A stretch of DNA of 64,000 bases from a virus (IMGVR_UViG_3300025138_000014:32001-96000), one strand, 5' to 3'; counted from the first letter of the stretch, positions 37,640 to 46,864 are shown. Notes: generated by a model not told the origin, from the sequence alone. Translations and numbers: made by a program.

Positions 37640-39199
37640 ATGGCAGAAGAAAAAGGCGTGAAACTATTTGGATTTGAAATCCGAAAAGCCAATAAAGAAA
37701 AAAAAGTAAAGCTCGACTCGATAGTTCCGCCCACAGATGATGATGGAGCGGGTTATGTAACTGCATCAGGTTCACACTTTGGTCAATATATAAACCTAGA
37801 CGGTGACAATGCTAAAGATAATGCTCAGCTAATTAGACAATATCGTGGTGTATCAATGCACCCTGAAGTAGATGCTGCAGTAGAAGATATTACAAATGAA
37901 GCAATTGTGACACAAGATGACCGTGCTTCATTAGAATTAAACTTAGATAATGTAGATGTTTCTGATAAAATTAAAAAGACTATGAACGATGAATTTAAAA
38001 ATATTCTTGGTATGCTTAGATTCAACGATAATGGCCATGATATATTTAGGCGTTGGTATGTTGACGGAAGAATTTTTCACCACTTGGTTGTAGATGAAAG
38101 TAATCCTAAGCTAGGTATCAGAGAGATTAGACACATTGATGCTGCTAAAATCAGAAAAGTAAAAGAGATTAAATCCAAAAAAGATGCAGACACTGGTACT
38201 ACAATTATTGAGAATGTAAAAGAACATTACATCTATCAAGAGAAACCTGGGTCTCACACAGGTGGTGTGAAGATGACCGAGGATTCCATCAGTTATGTAA
38301 CATCTGGTCTATTGGATGAAACACGTAAGAAAGTTGTTTCATATTTACATAAAGCATTAAAGCCGATTAACCAATTGCGAATGATGGAAGACTCATTAGT
38401 CATCTATAGACTTGCAAGGGCTCCAGAGCGTAGAATTTTTTATATTGATGTTGGTAACTTACCACGTGGTAAAGCCGAAGAATACATGAAAAACATTATG
38501 ACTAAGTATCGTAACAAATTAGTTTATGATGCATCTACTGGACAGCTTAAAGATGATCGTAAGCATATGTCGATGCTGGAAGATTTCTGGTTACCAAGAC
38601 GTGAAGGCGGTAGAGGAACAGAAATTTCTACTCTCCCTGGTGGTGAAAATCTTGGACAGATAGATGATATTGTTTACTTCCAGAAACGTCTATATAGGTC
38701 ATTAAATGTTCCTGTTCAAAGATTAGAGCAAGAACAACCAATGATGGGTATTGGTAGATCACAGGAAGTAAATAGAGACGAGTTAAAATTTCAGAAATTT
38801 ATTGACCGTTTACGGCGTAGATTTGCTCAGCTATTTTTAGAAGTTCTGAGAAAGCAGTTAATACTTAAAGGTATTATTACAGACGAAGATTGGAAAAGTT
38901 GGACGACAGATATTATTGTTGATTTCATCAGCGATAATAACTTTTCTGAATTAAGAGATGCTGAAATGTTGAGGGAAAGATTACAAACCCTTGATATGAC
39001 ACAGCAGTATATAGGCGAATTTTATTCTAAGGAATGGGTTTGGAAGCATGTTCTTAACTTAACAGATGAAGATATTAAGAATATGAAGAAAGAGATTGCT
39101 CAAGAAAGCGCCAATGGAGAAATTGATAATGAAGATGATGATAATGATAAACAACCGGTTGCTAAAAAACCAAAAGGAGTAAATGATGGAAATGAATAG
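37640..39199 (+). CDS. gp20: Portal protein gp20
   Basis: RRWYVDG; QLRMMEDSLVIYRLARAPERRIFYIDVGNLP; EDFWLPRREG. Confidence 0.95.
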   Translation: MAEEKGVKLFGFEIRKANKEKKVKLDSIVPPTDDDGAGYVTASGSHFGQYINLDGDNAKDNAQLIRQYRGVSMHPEVDAAVEDITNEAIVTQDDRASLELNLDNVDVSDKIKKTMNDEFKNILGMLRFNDNGHDIFRRWYVDGRIFHHLVVDESNPKLGIREIRHIDAAKIRKVKEIKSKKDADTGTTIIENVKEHYIYQEKPGSHTGGVKMTEDSISYVTSGLLDETRKKVVSYLHKALKPINQLRMMEDSLVIYRLARAPERRIFYIDVGNLPRGKAEEYMKNIMTKYRNKLVYDASTGQLKDDRKHMSMLEDFWLPRREGGRGTEISTLPGGENLGQIDDIVYFQKRLYRSLNVPVQRLEQEQPMMGIGRSQEVNRDELKFQKFIDRLRRRFAQLFLEVLRKQLILKGIITDEDWKSWTTDIIVDFISDNNFSELRDAEMLRERLQTLDMTQQYIGEFYSKEWVWKHVLNLTDEDIKNMKKEIAQESANGEIDNEDDDNDKQPVAKKPKGVNDGNE

Positions 39200-39404
39200 A
39201 ACTATTGAAGACTTTATTAATGCCATTGGCCAAGATGACTATGCTAAAGCAGAACCTGTTTTTAATGATTTAATGTCAGGGAAGATTGAGACAGCTTTAG
39301 ATGCACAGAAAATTGACGTAGCAGACAAGATATATAATGGTGTTGAAGACGAAGAGCCAGAAGCCATTGAAGCTGAAGAAGCTGAAGATGAAGAAACCTC
39401 TTAA
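39183..39404 (+). CDS. Small acidic prohead core protein (gp67 position)
   Basis: Acidic ORF directly after the portal gene; synteny. Confidence 0.55.
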   Translation: MMEMNRTIEDFINAIGQDDYAKAEPVFNDLMSGKIETALDAQKIDVADKIYNGVEDEEPEAIEAEEAEDEETS

Positions 39405-39416
39405 AATATTAACACT

Positions 39417-39424
39417 TATAAATA
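39417..39424 (+). promoter_or_regulatory. T4-type late promoter
   Basis: Intergenic TATAAATA. Confidence 0.75.
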
Positions 39425-39446
39425 TATCTAAAGTCAAAGGATCAAC

Positions 39447-39671
39447 ATGAAAACTTTTAAACATATACGAGAAGCAAGAATATCTGGCATGCCGCCAGGT
39501 GATCACGTTTTCGATACAAAGGTTAAAGGTGTTGAGATAATGGTACACAAGGGTAATGATAAAAAGAATCCTTATATCACTTATGTCGATAAAGAAATGT
39601 TAGATAAATTTGCAGATTTAAAAAGTGCGAAGGCAGCTGGTTTAGAGTTTGTCAAGCAGTCGAAAGGATAA
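39447..39671 (+). CDS. Small head-region protein (gp68 position)
   Basis: MKTFK..RE N-terminus like T4 capsid-targeting sequences; synteny. Confidence 0.55.
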   Translation: MKTFKHIREARISGMPPGDHVFDTKVKGVEIMVHKGNDKKNPYITYVDKEMLDKFADLKSAKAAGLEFVKQSKG

Positions 39672-39677
39672 TATACA

Positions 39678-40340
39678 ATGAAGTTTATGGTGGAATCAAT
39701 TGATAACGAACTAGAAGTTATCACTGAAGCTAAAGAGAATGGAGAAAAGTCCTATTCTATTAGCGGTATCTTCGCCATGGCCGAAGGTGTAAATAAGAAT
39801 AAGCGTTCATATCCGAAGCCTATTATGGAAAAGGCAGTTCAGAGATATGTAGACGAACAGATAAAAACCAAAAGAAGTGTTGGAGAGTTAAATCACCCTG
39901 CGGGGCCAACAGTTAATTTGGATAAAGTATCCCATCTAATTACCGAACTCAAATGGTCTGGTAATAATGTGATGGGTAAGGCACAAATATTGGATACTCC
40001 GATGGGTAAAATCGTAAAAGGTTTGCTTGACGGTGGTGTACAACTTGGAGTGTCAACTCGTGGTATGGGTAGCCTCGAGCAGAGAAACGGCGTAAGTTAT
40101 GTAAAAGATGACTTTCTTCTTAACACGGTTGATATCGTGCAAGATCCATCAGCACCAAATGCTTTTGTAAATGGAATTATGGAAGGTGTGGATTGGGTTT
40201 GGAATAACGGCGTTATCGAAGCAAGAGAAATTGAAAGAATGGAGACTGAAATAAAGAAGGCTCCGCGTGCTGACCTCTATGAGGCTCAAACACGTGAGTT
40301 TAAGAATTTCCTCTCGTTGCTCAAAAACAAGAAAATGTAA
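39678..40340 (+). CDS. gp21: Prohead protease gp21
   Basis: GELNHP; LGVSTRGMGSL; DIVQDPSAPNAFV. Confidence 0.95.
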   Translation: MKFMVESIDNELEVITEAKENGEKSYSISGIFAMAEGVNKNKRSYPKPIMEKAVQRYVDEQIKTKRSVGELNHPAGPTVNLDKVSHLITELKWSGNNVMGKAQILDTPMGKIVKGLLDGGVQLGVSTRGMGSLEQRNGVSYVKDDFLLNTVDIVQDPSAPNAFVNGIMEGVDWVWNNGVIEAREIERMETEIKKAPRADLYEAQTREFKNFLSLLKNKKM

Positions 40341-40350
40341 AGGAGTCACA

Positions 40351-41370
40351 ATGACTGACGAAAATCAGATCGCTGATACAGAACTCCATGACGAGGACGT
40401 TATGGAAGGTTCAGTAGATCCAAAAAATGCAGAACAAGCTTCGGTTGCTTCGGTGGATAAAGCCGCAGACGCAACTAAAAAAGCTACGCCTCCAAAGACT
40501 AAAGCAGCTATGATTAATGCTATGTACGGTAAATTGCACAGCATGAATAAAACTCAGTTGTCTGCCGCTTACAATGGTATGCATTCTGAAGATGTAGATG
40601 TTGATGAAGATATGGCAGAAATTGCAGAAGCACCTGAAGTAGATTATAACTACAACGGTGAATTGCAATCTGTTATGGAATCAGAAGCAACTCTATCAGA
40701 AGAGTTTAAAGAAAAAACTGCAGTAATCTTTGAAATGGCGCTAAAAAGCACACTTGCAGAGAAAATCACTTCACTGGAAGAAAATTATGCAACCGAACTA
40801 GCAGAAGAGATTGAACAACATCAATCTGCCATGGTAGAGAAAGTTGACGGCTACCTCAATTATGTCGTAGAAAATTGGATGGAAGAAAATAAAGTTGCCA
40901 TCCAGCAAGGACTACGCACAGAAATCGCAGAAGGTTTTATGGACAAACTTAAAGATGTATTCACAGAATCATACATCGCAGTTCCAGAAGGCAAAGTTGA
41001 TCTACTTGACGAACTCTCCGAGCAAGTCACAGACCTAGAAACAGCTTTGAATGAAAGAACAACTGAAGTCTTGCAAAGCCATGAGTTGCTAGAAAACTAT
41101 GCACGAAACGAAGTAATTCGTGAAGCATCAGTTGATCTAGTTGAAACCCAAGTTGAAAAACTGGCAGCTCTTGTAGAGAATATTGACTTTGATGATATCG
41201 AATCTTTCACCAAGAAAGTCGCTATTGTTAAGGAAACTCACTTCTCCCCAGAAGCAGTCGAATCACCAATTACTGAAGATGTAGATGTTGATCAGCCTGA
41301 AGAAATCGCAGAAAAAGTTAGCGATCAAATGGCCCAGTATCTTACAGCTATCAGAAGTCAAACAAAATAA
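40351..41370 (+). CDS. gp22: Prohead scaffold protein gp22
   Basis: ATG after AGGAG; LSEEFKEK...IFE; YLNYVVE.WM.EN; synteny. Confidence 0.9.
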   Translation: MTDENQIADTELHDEDVMEGSVDPKNAEQASVASVDKAADATKKATPPKTKAAMINAMYGKLHSMNKTQLSAAYNGMHSEDVDVDEDMAEIAEAPEVDYNYNGELQSVMESEATLSEEFKEKTAVIFEMALKSTLAEKITSLEENYATELAEEIEQHQSAMVEKVDGYLNYVVENWMEENKVAIQQGLRTEIAEGFMDKLKDVFTESYIAVPEGKVDLLDELSEQVTDLETALNERTTEVLQSHELLENYARNEVIREASVDLVETQVEKLAALVENIDFDDIESFTKKVAIVKETHFSPEAVESPITEDVDVDQPEEIAEKVSDQMAQYLTAIRSQTK

Positions 41371-41386
41371 AGAAGGATCCTATTAA

Positions 41387-42703
41387 ATGGAAATGCAATC
41401 TTACGATACACTCGTAGAAAAGTGGGCACCGGTTCTGAATGAAGAATCAGCCGGAAATATCGGTGACCGTCATAAAGTAGCTGTAACAGCTGCTCTCTTG
41501 GAGAATACTGAAAAAGCACTGCGCGAAGAGCGTTCTTTGACAGAAGCTGCTCCAACTAACTCTAACGCAGGCGTAAACAACTGGGATCCAATCTTGATCT
41601 CCCTAGTCCGTCGTGCAGCACCAAACTTGGTAGCATATGAACTAGCAGGCGTTCAGCCTATGTCTGGTCCAACTGGTCTTATCTTTGCGATGAAATCACG
41701 TTACACTAGCATGAGTGGAACAGAAGCATTGTTCAACGAAGCAGACACTAAGTTCTCTGGAACTCAGAACGATGCAGGAAACGGCGCAGCAGGTCCATCG
41801 GGCTTGAGTGTTACTAATGCTAACTCTGCTCACACAATCGACTCTGACCGTGCAGTAGACATCTTCGGTAATGCAATGGCTACCGACTCGGCAGAAGCAC
41901 TTGGATCATCTGGTTCAACTGACTTTGCAGAGATGGGTTTCAGCATTGAAAAGCAGACTGTTACTGCTAAGTCACGTGCTCTGAAAGCAGAATATTCGCT
42001 TGAACTCGCACAAGACTTGAAAGCAATCCACGGTTTGGATGCAGAAACAGAACTTGCGAATATCCTTTCAACTGAAATTCTTGCAGAGATTAACCGCGAA
42101 GTAATTCGTACAATTAACTCACAAGCTAAAACAGGTTGTTTACAAGCTAACGTAACTACTGATGGTATCTTCGATCTTTCAACAGACGCAGACGGCCGTT
42201 GGAGCGTAGAGAAATTCAAAGGTCTCGTTGTACAACTTGAGCGTGAAGCTAACGTAATTGCTAAAGAAACACGTCGCGGCAAAGGTAACATCATGGTATG
42301 TTCATCTGACGTTGCGTCTGCTCTTTCTGCAGCTTCTATGTTGGATTACTCTCCAAGCCTGAGCACAGGTCTGAACGTAGACGATACAGGCAACTTGTTT
42401 GCAGGTACTTTGAACGGTCGCATGAAAGTCTATATTGACCCATATGCAACTGTAGACTATGTAACAGTCGGCTACAAGGGTTCTAACCCATATGATGCTG
42501 GTGTGTTCTATTGCCCATACGTGCCGCTTACAATGATGCGTGCCGTAAGTGAAAATACTTTCCAGCCTAAGATTGGCTTTAAGACCCGTTACGGAATGGT
42601 AGCCAACCCATTCGTGCCAGGTGCTATCGCAGCTAACGGTCTTGGTACTGCTAAGTCTAACCAGTATTACAGAATCTTCCGTGTTGATAACATTCTCGAC
42701 TAA
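41387..42703 (+). CDS. gp23: Major capsid protein gp23
   Basis: GVQPMSGPTGLIFAM; KSRALKAEYSLELAQDLKAIHGLDAE; FQPKIGFKTRYG. Confidence 0.97.
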   Translation: MEMQSYDTLVEKWAPVLNEESAGNIGDRHKVAVTAALLENTEKALREERSLTEAAPTNSNAGVNNWDPILISLVRRAAPNLVAYELAGVQPMSGPTGLIFAMKSRYTSMSGTEALFNEADTKFSGTQNDAGNGAAGPSGLSVTNANSAHTIDSDRAVDIFGNAMATDSAEALGSSGSTDFAEMGFSIEKQTVTAKSRALKAEYSLELAQDLKAIHGLDAETELANILSTEILAEINREVIRTINSQAKTGCLQANVTTDGIFDLSTDADGRWSVEKFKGLVVQLEREANVIAKETRRGKGNIMVCSSDVASALSAASMLDYSPSLSTGLNVDDTGNLFAGTLNGRMKVYIDPYATVDYVTVGYKGSNPYDAGVFYCPYVPLTMMRAVSENTFQPKIGFKTRYGMVANPFVPGAIAANGLGTAKSNQYYRIFRVDNILD

Positions 42704-42729
42704 ACGGAAATAAACATAACTACTACCTT

Positions 42730-42757
42730 GGGGGGGCTTCGGCCCTCCCTTTTTTTT
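42730..42757 (+). terminator. Rho-independent terminator after gp23
   Basis: GGGGGGG-cttcgg-CCCTCCC followed by a T run. Confidence 0.9.
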
Positions 42758-42778
42758 GTCTTTTTTTTAAATTAGGGG

Positions 42779-42807
42779 TTTACATACTATATTGGATAAG
42801 TTATAAC
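42779..42807 (+). promoter_or_regulatory. Sigma70-type early promoter
   Basis: TTTACA-N17-TATAAC. Confidence 0.85.
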
Positions 42808-42847
42808 TATCATATCAGAAACATAACTTAGATAAGGAAGAGTACAA

Positions 42848-43030
42848 ATGCAACAGTTATTTAATGTAGAAGTAGACGGCGTTGACCTTCAGGACTATCC
42901 GAAATTTTGTGATGCATATATTAGTTTTGCGGAAGACAACTGGGGAGTACCACTTACAGAACTAGAACTAGATGCTGTAAATGAAGACCCGCAGCTTGTC
43001 TGGGAATATGTGTTTGCAGATTTATATTAA
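42848..43030 (+). CDS. Small, highly acidic early protein
   Basis: 60 aa with 14 D/E and 1 K; own promoter and RBS. Confidence 0.75.
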   Translation: MQQLFNVEVDGVDLQDYPKFCDAYISFAEDNWGVPLTELELDAVNEDPQLVWEYVFADLY

Positions 43031-43058
43031 AAAAAATGGCTGTAAGCAATTTTAGTTG

Positions 43059-43087
43059 TTTACAGCCTAACAAAAGTCTGCTATAAC
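43059..43087 (+). promoter_or_regulatory. Sigma70-type early promoter
   Basis: TTTACA-N17-TATAAC; the -35 box lies in the arm of the inverted repeat 43038-43067. Confidence 0.85.
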
Positions 43088-43119
43088 CATTATATCGAAA
43101 CCAAACTGGAGATAATATT

Positions 43120-43404
43120 ATGATTAATCACGTCACTCGCCACGAATACCAAGGACAAAATGCAGCTAATCTGATGGCTCTTGGATTTGATGAGACAGAT
43201 GAATTTGTAACATTTAAGCAGGCTATCAAGCTGCCAGGACTCAATGGTAAACTTCTAAAAGGTATCAAGTCTAAAGCAACTCTCGTGCGTTATAGCCGAG
43301 TTGAGAAAGTGCAAGACGAAACGGGGAAGCAAACTCCTAAGCCTATCTACTTTGCAGTGTTTCACATCCTCGATGTTCTAGCACGTCGGCCAAAAGAAAT
43401 ATAA
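43120..43404 (+). CDS. ArdC N-terminal-like (ssDNA-binding) early protein
   Basis: N..T..Y.G.N...L...TFKQA...G..LKG.K pattern of the ArdC-N/DUF1738 domain. Confidence 0.6.
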   Translation: MINHVTRHEYQGQNAANLMALGFDETDEFVTFKQAIKLPGLNGKLLKGIKSKATLVRYSRVEKVQDETGKQTPKPIYFAVFHILDVLARRPKEI

Positions 43405-43423
43405 AAAAAGATTGCTGGAGGGG

Positions 43424-43452
43424 TTTACATCTCTTCCAGTATCTGTTATAAC
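43424..43452 (+). promoter_or_regulatory. Sigma70-type early promoter
   Basis: TTTACA-N17-TATAAC; the -35 box lies in a hairpin loop. Confidence 0.85.
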
Positions 43453-43476
43453 TAATTAACAGAAGCAAACTAGAAA

Positions 43477-43713
43477 GTGAATACAATGATTATAGTTCAA
43501 GATATCCAAGATGCAATGATGATGCAAAAGAAACTAGGAAGCATTATCCGCCGCTCAGTAAATAGCAATAAAACATTGAAAGATGTACAAGTTGAGTTAC
43601 TGATGCTTGTTGAAGACCTCGGTAAGAATATCGAACGGTTAGATGCAGAGATAGATAAAGAGATTGAAGCACAATGGACACTCATTGAAAAGCACAACAA
43701 AGTAGAAGCATAA
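43477..43713 (+). CDS. Hypothetical coiled-coil early protein
   Basis: ORF behind an early promoter; start may be ATG at 43486. Confidence 0.65.
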   Translation: MNTMIIVQDIQDAMMMQKKLGSIIRRSVNSNKTLKDVQVELLMLVEDLGKNIERLDAEIDKEIEAQWTLIEKHNKVEA

Positions 43714-43796
43714 TGAAAAACTGGCTCTTTGCAACACTAAGCACTACAATGTCTTTTATAGTTGTAGTTGCTTTAATAACATACTACATGAATTAA
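43713..43796 (+). CDS. 27-aa single-TM peptide (not in the ORF track)
   Basis: TAATG coupling; MKNWLFATLSTTMSFIVVVALITYYMN; ends just before the terminator. Confidence 0.55.
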   Translation: MKNWLFATLSTTMSFIVVVALITYYMN

Positions 43797-43800
43797 TCTA

Positions 43801-43822
43801 AGGACTCTTCGGAGTCCTTTTT
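43801..43822 (+). terminator. Rho-independent terminator
   Basis: AGGACTC-ttcg-GAGTCCT followed by a T run. Confidence 0.9.
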
Positions 43823-43830
43823 ATTTGCGT

Positions 43831-43838
43831 TATAAATA
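43831..43838 (+). promoter_or_regulatory. T4-type late promoter
   Basis: TATAAATA upstream of gp3. Confidence 0.8.
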
Positions 43839-43863
43839 CTTCTGTAATAAGGAAGTATGAATA

Positions 43864-44376
43864 ATGGCTGATCTAACAAAAAACATGAATTTCTTACAAC
43901 CCACTGGATTCAAGGTTGTAATTGATCGAAAAAATTACCCTAACTTAGAATACTTTGTACAGAGTACAAACCTTCCTGGCGTGTCTAGTCCAGCAGTTGA
44001 AATCGGTTACCCGAGAGCAAATATTCATATGACTGGTGGTCAATTAGATTATGATGAAATTACCATGGACATTATTTTAGATGAAAATATGGATGCATAT
44101 ACCGAAATGTATTCATGGATGGAAAGAAATGCTGAAACAAAGCAAACAACTTTAATATCTGATATTGGAAAATACAACACTCAAGCAGATGCTCCAACAA
44201 CATCAGATATAACACTTTTGGTTCTATCAAGTCATAATAATAAAACCAAAAAAATTACATATAGAGATTGTATTCCTGTGCAGCTTGGCGCAGTACAACT
44301 TATGTCTAATGTTGCCGATGTTCAGTATATTATATTGCCAGTAACATTCTCTTTTACTTACTTTGAAATTTTATAA
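43864..44376 (+). CDS. gp3: Tail tube terminator/completion protein gp3
   Basis: NFLQPTGFK; YF.Q..NLPG; DENM..Y.E...W; position before uvsY. Confidence 0.85.
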   Translation: MADLTKNMNFLQPTGFKVVIDRKNYPNLEYFVQSTNLPGVSSPAVEIGYPRANIHMTGGQLDYDEITMDIILDENMDAYTEMYSWMERNAETKQTTLISDIGKYNTQADAPTTSDITLLVLSSHNNKTKKITYRDCIPVQLGAVQLMSNVADVQYIILPVTFSFTYFEIL

Positions 44377-44392
44377 ATCATGAGGACTTTTT

Positions 44393-44836
44393 ATGACACT
44401 AGAACAGTTATTGGAAATGTGGAAAACTGACTCCGAGATTGATCGGTATAAGTTAGATGAAACTTCACTAAACACTCCCAAGTTACATTCTAAATATTTA
44501 GAAATTCTGAGTATCGCTAAACTTCAGAAGAAGAAAGCTGAGCACTCACAGAAAAAATTGCTAAAGAAAAAATGGCTTTACTATAACGGGAAGCTAACTA
44601 AAGATGATATAGAAGAATTGGGTTGGGAATATGATCCATTTCAAGGACTTAAAGTTCTAAAAGGTGAAATGGAATACTACTATAATTCAGATATAGATAT
44701 TCAGAAGTCAGAAGAAAAATGCGAGTATCATAAAGTTTTTGTTGAAACAGCAACTGAAATAGTAACAAATTTAAATTGGAGACACCAGACAGTTGGTAAT
44801 ATTATTAAATGGAGGCAGTTCGAAGCGGGCGGCTAA
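44393..44836 (+). CDS. uvsY: Recombination mediator UvsY
   Basis: W..DS.ID...SL..PKLHSKYL; YYNGK; I.WRQFEAG. Confidence 0.9.
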   Translation: MTLEQLLEMWKTDSEIDRYKLDETSLNTPKLHSKYLEILSIAKLQKKKAEHSQKKLLKKKWLYYNGKLTKDDIEELGWEYDPFQGLKVLKGEMEYYYNSDIDIQKSEEKCEYHKVFVETATEIVTNLNWRHQTVGNIIKWRQFEAGG

Positions 44837-46353
44837 ACCAAGTGGATAAAATTGTAATACAAAAACGTAATCAGTCAGTAATGAATGTTATATCAGATTA
44901 TGGAGTTATGAATGAGTTATCCGATCATTTCTCATTTTTCGTGCCAGGTTATAAATTCATGCCAGCTTTCCGAAATAAAGTTTGGGATGGTAAGATTAGA
45001 TTGTTTAATGCTCAGTCAGGCGAGTTGCCTGTAGGGCTATACCCATACGTTCAAGAGTTTGCTAAGCCTCGGGGCTATCATGTTGAAGTTGAGCATGATG
45101 CTATGTATGGTCGACCAGATTCAACCAATGATGTAGATCCTAAAGAATTGAATGCATTCATTGAGTCACTTAATCTCAGATCAAGAGGGACTAGAATTGG
45201 ACCAAGAGATTATCAGGTTGAAGCAATCGCAGAGGGCATTCACAGAAAAAGAGCAATTCTATTAAGCCCGACTGGTTCTGGTAAATCACTTATCATCTAT
45301 GTACTTCTCAGATGGTTGCTAGAAAAGACAAATAAAAAATTATTAATTATTGTACCAACTACAAGTTTGGTTCAGCAGATGTATACAGATTTTGAAGATT
45401 ACTCAAGCGCTGACGAAGACTGGTTTGTAGAAGATGAGTGCCACAGGATTTACTCTGGTAGACCTAAAAAGATGGATGAGCGGGTAGTTATCTCAACTTG
45501 GCAATCTGTCTATAAGTTACCAGGGGTTTGGTTTGAACAATTCTGTGGTGTATTTGGTGACGAGTGCCATGGATTTAAATCTAAGTCACTTACATCAATT
45601 ATGAATAAATCTAGGGAAGCTGAATATAGATTTGGTACGACTGGTACATTAGACGGGACTCAAACTCATAAGCTAGTATTAGAAGGTCACTTTGGTAAAA
45701 TTTATAATGTAACAACTACTCGGAAACTCCAAGACAAAGGAACACTAGCAGCACTCGATATTAAAATTCTTTTGCTAAAATATCCAGAAGAAATTTGTCG
45801 TGCTTTAAAGGGAGCAGAATATCAAGCTGAGATTGATTTCATTGTAAAGAATGAAGCACGAAACAAACTCATTACTAATTTAACAGTTGACCAAGATGGT
45901 AACACATTGGTGCTATATCAATTTGTAGAAAAGCACGGCAAACCACTCTATGATATGATCAAAGCAAAAGCGCACGAGAAAAGAAAAGTGTTCTTTGTAT
46001 CTGGTTCAGTAGAAGCATCAGATAGGGAGCAAATCAGAAAGATTGTAGAGAAACAAAAAAATGCTATTATCGTTGCCAGCCTAGGTACATTTTCTACTGG
46101 TATAAATATAAGAAATCTACACAATATAGTTTTTGCTTCCCCATCTAAATCTCAAATAAAAATACTTCAGTCAATAGGTAGAGGTTTAAGAAAGTCAGAC
46201 AATGATGTAACGACTAAACTATTTGATGTGGCAGACGATCTACATTGGAAAAGCAAGAAGAATTATACGCTAGTACATTCCGCCGAACGAATTAAGATAT
46301 ATGCTAAAGAAAACTTTAAATATAAAATTTATGAGATAGAGTTAAAAATATGA
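44809..46353 (+). CDS. uvsW: DNA helicase UvsW
   Basis: WDGKIRLF; SPTGSGKS; DECH; QSIGRGLR; start may be GTG at 44842. Confidence 0.95.
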   Translation: MEAVRSGRLNQVDKIVIQKRNQSVMNVISDYGVMNELSDHFSFFVPGYKFMPAFRNKVWDGKIRLFNAQSGELPVGLYPYVQEFAKPRGYHVEVEHDAMYGRPDSTNDVDPKELNAFIESLNLRSRGTRIGPRDYQVEAIAEGIHRKRAILLSPTGSGKSLIIYVLLRWLLEKTNKKLLIIVPTTSLVQQMYTDFEDYSSADEDWFVEDECHRIYSGRPKKMDERVVISTWQSVYKLPGVWFEQFCGVFGDECHGFKSKSLTSIMNKSREAEYRFGTTGTLDGTQTHKLVLEGHFGKIYNVTTTRKLQDKGTLAALDIKILLLKYPEEICRALKGAEYQAEIDFIVKNEARNKLITNLTVDQDGNTLVLYQFVEKHGKPLYDMIKAKAHEKRKVFFVSGSVEASDREQIRKIVEKQKNAIIVASLGTFSTGINIRNLHNIVFASPSKSQIKILQSIGRGLRKSDNDVTTKLFDVADDLHWKSKKNYTLVHSAERIKIYAKENFKYKIYEIELKI

Positions 46354-46733
46354 GTGAAATTAAACAGTTTAGATTAACAGACGGATCCGAGATCATATGC
46401 GAAGTTCTCGAATGGAATGATGACGCCACTGACCAAATAGTAATTAGAAATGCTTTAGAGATTATTTGGATGCAAAGAGGAGATAACAGGATGTGTACTT
46501 ATCGTCCATGGTTATTTCAACAGATTAGAGAAAATAGCATTTCTTGTATTACCTCTGGTCACATTATGGCCGAGAGTACACCAACAGATGAAGCTGTAGA
46601 TCAGTGGAAAGAAACCATTGACTACTTTCAAGAAAAGCCAGAGGATGAATCTACAAGTAGTTTAATGGATTCCGATACAATACCAGATGAAAACAATCTA
46701 ATATATTTGAAGCCTAAACCGGGGATTCACTGA
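46350..46733 (+). CDS. Hypothetical protein between uvsW and gp55
   Basis: FRLTDGSEIIC N-terminus; similar genes occupy this position in marine T4-like phages. Confidence 0.65.
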   Translation: MSEIKQFRLTDGSEIICEVLEWNDDATDQIVIRNALEIIWMQRGDNRMCTYRPWLFQQIRENSISCITSGHIMAESTPTDEAVDQWKETIDYFQEKPEDESTSSLMDSDTIPDENNLIYLKPKPGIH

Positions 46734-46773
46734 TTTGGACATACTATCTCTCCATCCCCAAAATGCTTAATTT

Positions 46774-46802
46774 ATTATACTAACATTTCTCTGTCCTGTA
46801 AA
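46774..46802 (-). promoter_or_regulatory. Antisense sigma70-type promoter
   Basis: On - strand TTTACA(46802-46797)-N17-TATAAT(46779-46774). Confidence 0.7.
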
Positions 46803-46835
46803 CACCTAATATCGCCAAAACAGAAAATAATTTAC

Positions 46836-46864
46836 TTTACTTTCCCAGCCAAATGATTTATAAT
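46836..46864 (+). promoter_or_regulatory. Sigma70-type promoter for gp55
   Basis: TTTACT-N17-TATAAT. Confidence 0.75.

Noticed and set aside
46101-46108. TATAAATA inside uvsW (also 53781 inside gp62)
   Set aside because: It falls in conserved coding sequence of an AT-rich genome and could be chance; not called as a promoter.
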